Positions 38,304 through 50,900 of a DNA stretch of 64,000 bases are shown here, in pieces. The position numbers were made by a program, and so were the translations under genes. Numbering within the stretch: position 1 is the stretch's first letter; each line of letters opens with the position of its first letter. The stretch covers positions 2,480,001-2,544,000 of the forward strand of contig CM060734.1 of assembly GCA_030704615.1 (NCBI GenBank). Reading direction: 5' to 3'. Origin of the DNA: Takakia lepidozioides. Its lineage: Eukaryota > Plantae > Bryophyta. The notes beneath the pieces are model-generated. The model saw nothing but the letters and a program-made list of their open reading frames with translations. It searched no databases and had not been told where the DNA came from.

Positions 38304-41044
38304 AGAGCATACAATTCCATTCAACGGCCACCCAATCTCACGGCTGAGGACATTTTGGACCAAGGGAGGCAACCACAAAGGGTGCGACATGACGACCGCC
38401 ACCTTGGGTGGTGGTCAATCGGGTGGGGCAGCCACGTACGGCCTTGCCTATGCTCATGAGCTTTCCCTCGTCTCATGCTTTTTGAGACAATGGTCCTGGG
38501 TTGATTTGGGACAGTGTGCTACAACAATTGGTGGAGCCCAATGCAGATGAGCGAGAGCGGGCAATGGGGTTTGCCACGGGCACTACCACTGTGCCAGCTC
38601 TGTCAGAGGCATCACGCCGACATGTGTTGGGTCAAGAAATGGATCTAAATTGCTTGACATGGATCATTGGCTTGTGCATGGCTGAGCAATGGAGATTGCA
38701 AGCAGTGGTGGCTACTTTGGTACTACCATTGGATAGTGCATCCTCCTTGCCAACCGGGACGGTTGAGGCAGTGAGTGGGGGCGAGCACAGGATCGTGGGG
38801 TGCAAACACCCATGGCAGATATGGGATGAGATGCGGAGAGAGAGAGAGTCATTGGATCTCTCAAGGAGCAATATGAGGAGTGGGGAGAGCCATACACGGA
38901 GGATCAGTTGGAGGCCAAGGTGGCCAAGGTTTTTGAAGAAGTTGAGGATGTTTCTTGCGCGGAGGATGTTCTCAAGGTAGCTATGGCGGAGCAAGTGGAG
39001 GCTACGCCACAGTCAGGGTGGGCGGATAAGGCCCAAGAGGTTATTATCTGACAACCAAAGAATGCGTCTCCTACCTCCAAGCCTGGTGTACCCAAGGTTG
39101 CAGTCACTGAGGACAATTGGGAACCAGACGTTGGACCTACAGTCACCGGAGGAGAGAGACGGAGGATTTGGCGATTTCTAAGGGCTTATAGAAATTGCTT
39201 TGCCTTCGGTTTGAAGGATTTGGGGAGTTTGAAAGGTCAGGAGATTCGTATTGATTTGGCAAGTGACACGCCAATTTTCGAAGGCCCTACAAATATAGTG
39301 ACATGGAGAGGTCTTTGATCCAGTCACGGACTATGGAGTTGTTCGAAGCTGGATTGGTAGAGTTGTTAGGCGGGGAGTATGCTTCGGCAACAGTGATGCT
39401 AGCTAAGAAATATATCTATGGCAATTGGATAGAAAGAAGGATGTGTGGGGACTATCGTCATGTGAACCGTCAGACTAAGTCCGATAGATATGCCATGCCA
39501 ACTCCAGAGGAGATCTTTGATGCCATTGCAGGGCATGCAAAGGTGTTTAGCACATTGGACCTGCGATCCGGTTACCACCAGTTGCCAATTAAAGAGGCTG
39601 ACAAGCAAAAGACGGCATTCTGGGGGATTGACCAGCATGGGAAAGATTGTTTGTACCAATGGCGCTTCCTACCATTTGGGTTGAAGAATGCTCCTGCAGA
39701 GTTTCAGAGGGTCATGGATAGGATTTTTGCAGGGCTAGACTTTGCCCGGTGCTACATTGATGACATCATCATCTTTAGTGCCACGGTTGAGGAGCATGAG
39801 AGATACCTTCAGGTGGTGTTTGAGCGCTTGAGGGCGCATGGATTGAAACTGCACCCTGACAAGTGCAAGTTCTTCCACGATCAGATTGAGTATCTGGGCC
39901 ACATGATATACCTTGGAGGATTGGGTGTTCAACAAACAAAGGTGAAGGCCATTGCACGCATTTCTCGCCCCATAGATGTAAGCAGAGTTCGTGCTTTCAT
40001 GGGGTTGACAAACTACTATTTGTCAAGGGATTTAGCAGCATAGCGAAGGTTCTTACCAAGTTGACCAAGGTGGGTCAGGAGTGGTAGTGGGAGGAGGAGC
40101 AGGAGGAAGCCTTTGAGGAACTCAAGGCTCGATTTTGCACCTATTTTGAGACGGCCTATTCGGGGGCGGCCTTTCCAGCTACATACAGATTGGAGTATGC
40201 TGGGGGATCGGCGCAGTGCTCACACAGGTGGATGATAAGGGAAGAGAGTTTGTAGTGGCATATGCTAGCCGCTCGAACAATGATGCTGAGGCAAAGTATA
40301 GCTCATATGAAGGGGAGTGTCTACCTGCAGTATGGGCAGTGACACATTTTAGATGCTACCTCTATGGCAATGTCTTCACGCTTATCACGGATCACCAACC
40401 ATTGAAGTGGTTGATGGAGTCAAACAAGCTTACATGGAAGCTTGCACGGTGGGCACTTATGCTTCAAGAGTACGACTTCCAGGTGGTGTATCAAGCCAGA
40501 ATAGTCAACCGGGATGCGGATGGATTGAGTTGCAATCCATGCACAAGTGAGCTTGATGATACAGGAGCTCGTTGGCATGGTGAGACGGACGAGGAGATGG
40601 TGCCAGGATGGCACGCATCTGCCTTTTTGTGCATTCTAGCAATGGGGGATCAAGCTGGTCCATCCCATGTGATTGGTCATGGAGATAGTGTGCATGACGA
40701 TCCAGAGATCAATGAGGAGCTTGGTGGTGCTAAGGATGTGCATGAAGATGCAGCAATGTTGGCCTATCTTCATACCGGAGAGACAGCAGCTAGTGTGACT
40801 GCTAAGGAGAGAGATCGGATCCTACAACGGGCCAAGAGGTTCAAGTGGGAGGGGACTCACCTACTCCGAGTATGGGAGGATGGACCAGTGAGGATTGTGT
40901 CTCATTCAACACAACGAGCGCGATTGGTACGCCATGCCCATGATGAGTTGGGACATTTTGGGGTGCGGCGCACTCATAGTTTGCTGCAAGGATAATACTG
41001 GTGGCGGGGCATGCACACGGATGTGCAACAGTTAGTGGCAAGGT
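38304..41044 (+). mobile_element. Second DNMT-Gypsy copy: DNMT C-terminus, RT, RNase H, integrase zinc finger
   Basis: EPNADERERAMGF...VLGQEMD; RMCGDYR, LDLRSGYHQ, YIDD; VAYASR...TDHQPLKWL; HDELGHFG. Confidence 0.92.
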
Positions 41045-44000
41045 TGTCAAGTTATTTTACCACTAGTGTGAAACTAACTAGGAAATAGCTAGCTTTTACA
41101 TATTGACATTTGGGATTGGCCCAAGTGTCAATCCAAGGGTCAAGGCAGATTTAGGCCCTGGAGTGATTATCTTCATGGCAAGTGCGGGAGGCTCATCTTT
41201 CTCGAGTTGAGCCTCACCGCGCCTAGCTATGGCGCCGTAGTGTGGATTCCCCATGGCGTGAGGTGCACTTGGCTTGACTTGTATTTGAGTGATAAGGTTA
41301 TATATGCATGAGTTTATGCTTCAGCTTTGTGAGCTCGCATGAGCTTGTGCTTGTATTCTTCTTCTTTATCACTCGAGAAAGATCAGCTCGTATCTGTGAG
41401 TGTCAGATACGAGTTAGTTGTAGCACTTGTGGTTGTTGCTTGAGAATGAGAGAAACCAGGTTGTTATGCAAGGAGCACCGTGGAGCTCTTGGTTGTTAGA
41501 AGCGGAGGCGATGTGGGTTACGAGGTGGTAGACCTTGGCATTCGATCTTCAGCTTCAGAGATGAAAGCACCATGTTGCAGGTAATTCCAGAGCACCTTGA
41601 TGGTTTCATATTGTGTACATGCATGAGCAAGCACGATTGGGAAGAGGACCAGTCAAGAGCAGGTTATAGTGGCTTTGGTGGCAAAGCTGAGAACTGGACT
41701 TGGGAATGCGAGCTTTCATTGTGTGAAGGATTGCAAGACCAAGCAAAAGGGCTGATTTGGCTTGGGGCAAATCAGTGCACTTTGTGGAGTATGTTGAGAG
41801 TGGGTTTCAATCTTGAGCTTCAGCATTGAGAGGGCTCTTGTCATGGCAAGAGCAGGGCTGGAATAGGAGCTAAGAGGTGCGGCAAGGCCATGGACTGTGC
41901 ACCTAGGGTTTCAGAGCTTGGAAGAAGAGCTCTTGCACCACAAGAGGAGTGTCTTGTGGCTGGAAATGTAAGCCTTAGGGTTTCAGGAGCTTGGCAAGGG
42001 CTGTGGAGTGCTTAGTCTTGTCTTAGAGAGCATCAAGGAGCTAAGGAGCCAAGATAGGGGGCTGATACCTCTTGTGTGAAGAGGTTGCATGTGTGGAGCA
42101 TGTATTCAGCTCATTGAAGCTTCCATCTTCAAGCTTGGAGGGCAAGCAAGGAAGAGGGAAGGGCTGACTTCCCTTATGTGAGAGCAATGCATGTGTGGAT
42201 CATGCTTTCAGCCTGTTGAAGGCTTGTACTTTTAGATTTGGGAGTGCAAGAAAGGAAGGAAGGGGCTGGTTTCCCTGTAGGGCATGTGTGGAGCATGCTT
42301 CCAGCCCGCTGAAGCGTGTATTTTCAGGTTGGTGGGTGCAAGAAAGGAAGCAAAGGGGCTGATTCTCTTGTGGTGAGAGTGGGGCATGTGTGGAGCATGC
42401 CTTCAGTCCATTGGGCTTTTGTTTTCAAGCTTTAGAGAACTAGAAGAGAAGGTAAGGGGCTGATCTGCTCTTATGTGACAGTCCGACACTTGTAGAGCGT
42501 GTTCTGAGTTGGGGTTTCAACCTCAAGCCTAGATAGAGCAGGCTCTTGAAGTGGCAGGTGTAGGGGGCTGGAATAGGCTCTAAGACAGATGCTATGGCCA
42601 AGGGAAATGCTTGAATGAGTGCTCACAAGGGCTGGAAACCAGCAAGGCTTGGTTGTTTGCCATTGAGTTTAGTGGCATGTTTGGGGAGTCTAAGTGAGAA
42701 AGAAGGCTTGGTTTGTGGCAACCATCTTCCTCATGGCTTAGGGCTACTATTGGTGGTGTGTGGGAGCCGAAAGAGAAAGAATACCTTGCTGATTTCTTCA
42801 CAGCCGCCATAGCTCGGTGCAAAGAAGCCTAGAGTCCAAGAGACACAAACCCTAGCTTGGCGTGGCTAAACCCCTTGGAGAAATGGCTAAACTGTCATGA
42901 GTGGCATGTGGGGTTGTGACGGGCTGTGAGGGGCTGTGACAGGTTGTGCCCTGTGGCCTGTGGGGCTGTGACGGGCTGTGAGAGGCTGTGAGAGGCTATG
43001 CCCTATGGCCTGTGGGGCTGTGACGGGCTCTGAGGGGCTGTGACAGGCTGTGCCCTGTGGCCTGTGGGGCTGTGACACGCTGTGATGGGTTGTGAGGGGC
43101 TGTGACAAGCTGTGCCCTGTGGCCTGTGGGGCTATGAGGGGCTGTGAGGGGCTGTGACAGGCTGTGCCCTGTGGCCTATGGGGCTGTGAGGGTGTGATAG
43201 GCTGTGGCCTTTGGGGCTGTGACCCCTGTGACCTGTGTAGGGCTGTGATAGGCTGTGCCCTATGGCCTGTGGGGCTGTGACGGGCTGTGCCTGTGGCCTT
43301 TGGGGTTGTGATGGGCTGTGACCTGTGGCCTTTGGGGCTGTGATGGGCTGTGACAGGCTGCGGCCTGTGGGGCTGTGACCCTGTGACCTGTGTAGGGCTG
43401 TGACAGGCTGTGGCCTATGTGGGGCTGTGACGGCTGTGACCAGTGATCTGTGTGGGCCTGTGCTGGTCTGTGGTGGCCCATGTTGACCTGTAGACGGCCT
43501 GTGCTGACTCGTGGAGGCAGTGGTGGACTGCCTAAGGACTGGCATGTGGTCTTGAAGGCCGAATTTTGAAGCTTGTGGAGGGCGGTTTGAGGAGTATCTT
43601 CATGATATTCCCATGGTCATGCAAGTGAGGGAAGAGATGAGAAAAAGAGTGTTGGGATGAGGGCATGCTGGGGTTAGGCATTGCTTTAGCTTCTTTTCCT
43701 CGTAGTTTTCCACCCTCGCATTAGGCCAAGACCTTTCCGTAGGTAGAGGCAAGAGTCAGTCTGGGTTTGGGCTGGGGTGTCCTTGCAGGAGCAATACCGT
43801 GGAGTTGTTTTTGGTGTGGGGGAGTTGTCGTTCTGATTTCTTGTGTTTGGATCCCCTCCATACCTGCATGCTTGACTGTGCGCCATGTTAGTTTTGTGTG
43901 GGCGCTTATTTTTATAGGTGATTGGTCCGGATTTGATCACCGGCCAGTCCTAAAGCATGTTGTCGATGGTGAGGCTGGGGTGATGACCAGCCAGACCATC

Positions 44001-44121
44001 ATTGTTTCTCCTGTGGTGAGGTTGGAGGTGATGACCAGCCAACCATAGGAGTGCTTGCGGTGGATGCAGGTACAGGTGTAGGCTATGTTAGGAACTTAGT
44101 ATTCCAAACCATAAGCCGCAA
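41045..44121 (+). mobile_element. Probable LTR/leader (~3 kb) of the DNMT-Gypsy family
   Basis: Begins TGTCAAG exactly where the integrase sequence of copy 2 stops; non-coding; followed by gag. The 3' boundary is uncertain because no canonical PBS was recognised. Confidence 0.55.
42893..43505 (+). repeat. GGCTGTG(A)-based minisatellite
   Basis: Dozens of GGGCTGTGA / GCCTGTG variants. Confidence 0.9.
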
Positions 44122-44178
44122 CAGGTTCTCTACCCGGTTACCTTGTGGAGAGGGGATTAGGGACATGTTCATGACCGG

Positions 44179-44723
44179 TTGAGTGTCAACACGGAGGTGC
44201 CACTAGTTGCTGGGGACAGTGCCGGTTCGAGCACTAGCGATACTAGTGGGTACACGAGACGAGGTGTGCGGTTTAGGCCACCTTCACCTCATGTGTCTTC
44301 TACGGAAGGTTCTGATTCGGATTGTGAATCAGGAAGACTCATACCGGCGGTGCAAGTTGTTTCCTTGCCATTGTTGTGGGACACAATGGAGGAGATGTAT
44401 GGAGCTACCAAGGGGCCACGAAGGTACTCTGGGGCGGTGGGCACCATCGAGTTGGATGATTTTATCCAAGAGTTTGATAGTTGGTGTGATTTGCAGCAAA
44501 TGCGCAATCCACAACTATTTACGCCTTTCATGGCATGGAAGGGGCTGTTTCAGCACCTTGAGGGGCCGCCTATTGATGATTATCATGAGTTTAGGCGGGG
44601 GCATGAGGTTGAGATCGAGGAGTAGAGGATGTACTGGTCACCCGACTACGTCTCCATCACTAGGGGCACTAGAGTCACGAGGGCAGTGGCTACACCTGCC
44701 GCTGCACCGGCAGCTTCAGCAAG
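44179..44723 (+). pseudogene. Gypsy gag 5' half, interrupted by MULE
   Basis: YSGAVGTIELDDFIQEFDSWC...; ends in TSD TTCAGCAAG (44715-44723). Confidence 0.75.
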
Positions 44724-45186
44724 GGGGGCTGCTATTTCATGAGCCATGAGCCATGAGCGGCATGAGCCATGAGCAGAGTCGTAAGTGTGGAAAAAAACAT
44801 GAGCAACACTATTTTCCGGAAATGAGTGTCCGCGGGAATAGGGTTTAGGGTGCCACGGTCATAGGGGGAGAAGGACCTCCCGATGAAGGAGGTTCGGCAA
44901 TGTTATTTAGAATTATATATTGAAAGGCAATGTTTCGCAAATGGTAGGGTGGTACTGCTCTGTACAATGGGGGCCCATTTCAGCCTACCAGCCACTTGCA
45001 AAATCCACCCACACTCCCAATCCCAAACGAAATGAGCAATGACGCATTCTGGGAACGATGAACACAGAATAGAATAAAAAGAGGGCACAATGAGGTTTTT
45101 ATTGATCCACATGAATTGCATTTGAAGCACGTCTACTGTGCTGATTGTGCCATCAAATCTTGAGCCCTGTGCCTACTGAATACAAG

Positions 45187-45750
45187 TCACGTTGTCAATG
45201 GGACTTCGACTGCTCTCAGAACTAGCTCATGAGTCATGGGGCTCCTCCATGTAAAGTCGATTGCAGCCGTTGTACCGCCCCTAGTGATGTTCACCACAAT
45301 GTCCTGCCCTTCAATCATACCACCATCGAATATGGAAATCTTCACGTTTTCGTCGTCCACACCAATGCGAATGTCCCCATACAATGGAGAAGAGGAGCGC
45401 ACTCCTTGAGGAGAATAGGTCTCTCCGATGGAGTCCACCCACGTCCAGTGGCAGCAGTTCCACCGCAACAGCATAGCAGTGCGCCTTCTTCTGCATGGGT
45501 GACCGTCGTAGCTGGGAAAATCGGAATCGAGGATGCGCAGGAGCCACGGACTCCTCAGACCAAGATCGTCACCCCGCTCAAAGGCGTAGTGGCCTACGAT
45601 ATACTCAAAAGCCACCAATGTTTCCACAATCGAACCAGTATCTTCTGTGTAATCTGTGTACCAGATAACAATGTCTCCCGATGTGGCCGAATACATTGCA
45701 TAATCGATGCCTCCAAATGGGCAGTCGTCCCGGTTCCGGAAGCACGGCAT
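45187..45750 (-). CDS. Uncharacterised ~187-aa MULE cargo protein (paralogue 1)
   Basis: Open frame MPCFRNRDDCP...LVLRAVEVP, collinear with 46282-46860. Confidence 0.65.
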   Translation of the reverse strand: MPCFRNRDDCPFGGIDYAMYSATSGDIVIWYTDYTEDTGSIVETLVAFEYIVGHYAFERGDDLGLRSPWLLRILDSDFPSYDGHPCRRRRTAMLLRWNCCHWTWVDSIGETYSPQGVRSSSPLYGDIRIGVDDENVKISIFDGGMIEGQDIVVNITRGGTTAAIDFTWRSPMTHELVLRAVEVPLTT

Positions 45751-46281
45751 CCTTGCAAAGGAGGACCTGAGGACGACTTGGATGCAGATGACAATGACCT
45801 TGCGGACAGCTACGAAGCCCTTAGATTTTGGAAATGATGCGAAGCGGAAGAGCAGTCCGGCCTCCAATAATGGAGCATCTGGGTCCCATGTACCCACCGA
45901 CGGAGGTGGATGAACCCATACATCTTTCTCATCAAGAAGTTATAGTTTGAGATCTGCCACCGAAGTCCATCCCCCCGGATGGAAATTCGGCGCCGCATTT
46001 ACATCGAAGAGGGGATGGACTTCGTTGTGTCCAGTGGCTATCGGCCCACCTGGCAGTGAGTGCCCATAGTTTGCATGGCAGGGTAGGAAACTGAAACGGC
46101 TACATTCATGAAGCAGCCAATCTTCATCGGTCCAGGATCCTGTAGGGGGGAAATTTAAATGTGCCCTGGAGTGTTTGTGAGGAATTGCAGCGTTAGCTTG
46201 AACTTTTTCCAGCCACCGCGCTGCTCCTCCTCCATCCGGGAGCTGCTATCATTGAGCGTACTCCGCTACTCTTTTTCAAGG

Positions 46282-46860
46282 ATGCCGTGCCGCCGAAATC
46301 CAGCCGACTGCCCTTATCATGGCCACGATTATGCTATGTTCAAACCAGAATCAGGAGACATCATTGTCTGACTCTCTGTTTTCACAGACGCTGCTGGAAT
46401 CAAGCAAGAGTCTTTGCGCGCAATGGAGTATCTGGAGGGCTATTACCGCTTTGAGCGAGGTGAGGGCGAGGGTCAATGCGGTCCGTGGGTCCTGAAAATT
46501 GTTGACCTCGATATACCAAGCTGGAAAGGGATGCCGGACAGATCACGCACGGCCTCACTTTGGCGCTTGAACTGCTGCCAGTGGACCAGGGAGGACGGCA
46601 CCGGGGAAAACTATATACGTGCAGATCACTCCGCTCTTCCAGTGTATGGAGACATTCGGCTGAGTTGCGAAGACGAATCGCACGGGCACATGAGGCCCAC
46701 AGTGACCTTGTCAATGTATGATGGTGGTATCATTGATGGACATGACATTGTCGTCGGCTCCAGCAAGGGCAGCAGAACGACCAAATTGCAGTTTACCTCG
46801 AGGTGCCGCAGCAGTGATGAGCTTGTTTTGAGGGGTATCGAAGTTCCGTCGACTTGGTGA
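46282..46860 (+). pseudogene. Uncharacterised MULE cargo protein (paralogue 2; one W-to-stop change)
   Basis: MPCRRNPADCP...DYAM...SGDI...NCCQWT...YGDIR...DGG...ELVLRGIEVP; TGA at 46369-46371. Confidence 0.65.
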
Positions 46861-47109
46861 AGCCCATGTAGAAGGAGGAAGGGCTTAGTTTTGTCTGCAG
46901 TTGGTAAATGTGAGACATCGTGTCCGATCAATAAACCCATCGTACCTCACTTATGTATGATTGTGTTTCATTCTGTTGAATAACTGTCGGAATTGGCCCA
47001 CTGTTTACAATTTGATGTCTCATTTCTACAATGTGTCTGTCCGGATGAATATAGCAGAGTAACCGGTATGTGAGTCATGTGTCAAGAATATACCAGAGTA
47101 ACGCCATGT

Positions 47110-47855
47110 CGGACATTGAAATGCGGCGCCGCATTTCCATGTCGGCATCGAAATGCGGCACCGCATTTCCATGTGGGACAAGGAAATGCGGTGCATCATT
47201 TCCGTCCAGGTACACGAAATACCAACACGGGTCTATAAATTGGACAGACAACGAGGTTGGCATTGCAAATGCGGCGACGCATTTCCAGCTTGGCAATGGA
47301 AACTTCTTTTTGGACAAGGGAATGCGGTGCCGCATTTCCGTCCAACACTTCGAAAAGTGTGACATTTCCGACCAGCGCGATGGAATGCGTTACCGCATTT
47401 CCGTGAGAGGGTCTGCAAATGGACAAATTGCGATGTCCGTTCTGGAAATGCGGCGCCGCATTTCCATGTCCGTCATCGACTTTTTTTTTACAATGGAATG
47501 CGGTGCCAATTTTTGGTGATGGGCCTGCAGTTCGAACAACGACCATCCCCAATATGGAAATGCGGCACCGCATTTTCAATTCCGCCATCTCGACCTCCTT
47601 GTTCGACCTCCTTGTTCGACCTCTGTAAGCGTGGTGGCATCCATGCAATGGGCGGGAGAGGCCAAAACTGGCGTGTGGACAAAGGAAATTTTGGAAATGC
47701 GGCACCGCATTTCCAATCGGCCGATTACTTTTTACTATGCCAACATTGAAATGGAAAATTTAGTCCCTCCCCTGTTTTGGAAATGCGGTGCCGCATTTCC
47801 AAAAGAGGTTCTTAGAGTTGCCAAAATTTTGGAAATGCGGTGCCCCATTTCTGAT
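47110..47855. repeat. Array of GAAATGCGGYRCCGCATTTC palindromes
   Basis: About a dozen copies between two convergent genes. Confidence 0.9.
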
Positions 47856-47988
47856 TTTGGGAGCGTCGTGGTTTCAGCGATTGTGTGGCTGGAATGCACA
47901 CTGGAGAGGGGTCACGAATGTCTGGCAGAATTTCCTTTATATATTCTGGAAGAGAATTTACATTTACAGAGACTTCATTAAAATTCTA

Positions 47989-50900
47989 TTAATCTTGAAA
48001 ATCATCCGAATCCTCATCCTGTTCTAGACTGTCCTGCTCCGCCTCCACCCCCTCAGTGCCTTTCTCATCTCCAGCGGACTGCTCGTTGGCCAGGCTTTCG
48101 AAAATCCCATCTTCCCCTTGCGGAACTGTCCATCTCACCTCCGTTGGGTCGTCTTCCTCCCTATCTGCGTCGCTCTCATCCGCTGAATCACATATGTACT
48201 TTCGTACCCGTCTACCTGTCTGAGCTGCTGCCAACTCTTTCCTTATCCTTCTGTCCTCCCTAGCCCTCTCCAAAATCTGCTCTACTTTACTGGGATTCTC
48301 ACTTCTTCTAATCGTTGTATTTGCGAGTTTAGCTGCATAACTAGGAAGGGAGTAGTCCCTCACCGGGCTCGTCATGAAGTCGGCCCTCGCAAAGAACGGG
48401 ACATTCTTCCTGGCAGGAAGTGTAGGCCCTACATGTTTCGACCCGGACCCTGCAATCCTGCACATGACAATCATCAACGAGACTAATGAGAACCACAGTC
48501 GGGAAATTCGTTTGACATAAATGACCCAGAAGGCTTTGCAAACTTACAATGTTTGCACTCACTCGTATTCCGGGTTCTCCTCCGCATCAATGTCCACTGT
48601 GTCTTCGGACTCCGACGAATCCGAGGAGACTTCCGCTCTGTCGGGAGCCTTAACATTCCGTTGCAGCCCTTCCAGATGGGATCCCCACACGGATGAATCC
48701 TCCTCGTAGGCAAAGAGGTGCCGGTCGAAAACCGCCCAGCCCACATTGAGGCACCTGTTACAATGCCATCCACACATTACCACATGGCGCTTCAGATGTT
48801 GCGAACTACATCCTAACGAGAATTTGCAGAACAACATAGATCAAGATTCTGCATACCTGTCCCACAGATGAGGTCGAGCACTGTGCCCTCCATGTCTGTG
48901 CATGTCTCCATAATTGTCTGAATGAAGGCAGGGCTCCGAGTCCGTGAGTACCGCAGGGGTTCCGTTGAAGTGAGGCTATGAGGGAGAAGTTCCTTGGGAA
49001 CGTTGTTGAACAGAACGTCGTAATCGAGTGGGTCGCAGTTCGGGTCAACCTTTCCTCCCTCCTTCCGGAAAGCAAAGGTGGAGTTCTCCTTCACAAAGCA
49101 GTATGCATCGAACTGCTTCGTCTGCATACACAGGGGGAAAACGATTAGAAACCGAATGCGGCACCGCATTTGAAAACACCCAAGCAAATGAATGGACGAG
49201 TGCCAGTGTCGTAATCACCTTCTTCCCTTCCGACCGAAGGCCCAGTGTGTTGATGCACGTCCACTTCTTTTTCAGAATCGGGACGGCGCTCTTGCGGGTC
49301 CACTTCGCAATTCCTGTCTGAGTGTTTTTTCCTCTGCTCGCCAGGACAACCACACACAGCCTCTGTCGTCCAACACCATGCGGGCAAGCCCGAATCCTTT
49401 CTTCCAAAAGTCCTCCGAGTACCTGTTCCAAGATGGCAAAGCTTGCAGTCCTTCCACAGGCTCTCCGTCCGGAATATCCAAGATGATCATATCGCAAGAC
49501 CACTCGGTGGCATTTCCGCCCCTCCTACAATCCTTGTCTGCACACACCCTCTCAAAGAACGAGACCATATTCTGAAATCCTGGGGTGTCGGAAGGCTCTT
49601 CGGCAGTCGCCTTCTTCAGTGCTCTGCCCTTCAGACCCTCCATGGTCTTCATGTATGCCAACTTGGCTGCCCGTCCATCCAAACCGCCAAGAAACTCTCA
49701 TTTACACACTGGACTACTGTTTCGGGAGCCACTTTCGGCCTCTTCATTTCCATTGGCTCGAAAGGGTGCCCCCCTGGGGGGTTGAAGAGTGCCTTCTTTG
49801 CCGAGCCAGTTCTCGTGCCTCTCGTGACAACGGTGGGCACAGGGGAGGCAGCCTGCGTTTGGGGGGGTGGGCTGGTTGCAAAGTCTCCATCGGAGTCCTC
49901 TTCCTCACCCTCTTCCTGAACAGGCTGTTTCTGCTTCTTCGTTTTGGCGGGTGTCACAACAGCTGCTCCTTGCTGGCGAGTCCTCTTCTTCGACCCCTTC
50001 TGTTGGGCCTGCACAGCTGCATCCACCGTCTTTTGTGCCATCTCAGCTGCCTTTCTGGATTCTTCCAGAGCAGCAGATTCCTTTGCCGACTTTGGCCCAG
50101 CAGGGACACGTCTTTCCTGTCTCTTCTCTTCTCTTCTGCCAAGGCGTGCAGATCTTTCTCAGACTCGTCAACAATACCGCCAGACATGTCCAGGTACCAC
50201 GGGCATCCAACGAGATGCGCGGGATGCCATTGTTTCTGCATCTCGGGTGTGTAGACACAGCTTGGGCCCGCCACGGTCCAAGCCATGAAGAACGGGGGCT
50301 CTTGAGCCAGGGCCCCTGTCTGAAGGAGCACGTATTTCATATACCTGCAAGGCAGTCAGCATGCGTGAGCAAAAGTTGAGACCAACCTACTCGCAGAGTG
50401 CCACCGAAAACATAAAATGCGAATGCGGTGCCGCATTTCCGAGACAAACCTCGTAACCAGGCTTCGCATACAAGGGCAGCTGTGCTTCACCTGTAAACAA
50501 TTCGCATTGCAGCTTTCCCCGCTCCCTCCTGATGTGTAAACTCCACGCTCCTTCTTGCTGTCTGTAGCTCTCTGGCAAAAGGTTGTCCTTGTACGCACAT
50601 CTGAAACGTGTCACGTAGTCTTCCAATGTCTGTGTTCCATCCCATTTGACGTACAAGCCGAACGAATTTGTGTGCATTACGACTTGCTCCTTCGCATTCG
50701 ACATTACCTGCGATTCCCAAATGCATTGTCACGTAGCAGTTCAGGGAATTCATGTCAGAAAAGCAAATCTGGGGAAGTACCTTGAATTACCTGGAACCAC
50801 CAAGTCATACGGTTGAGCCACACATCCACTGCAGGGTCGGAAACTTCCAGTGGAAAAGACCACATTGTCCTTATGCTCTCGGATGCATTCCAGATCGACA

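Noticed and set aside
41061-41070. CACTAGTG as a CACTA terminus
   Set aside because: It has no subterminal repeats or partner end and lies just inside the presumed LTR start.
42887-43545. Pro/His/Ser-rich ORFs
   Set aside because: They are products of the GGCTGTG minisatellite.
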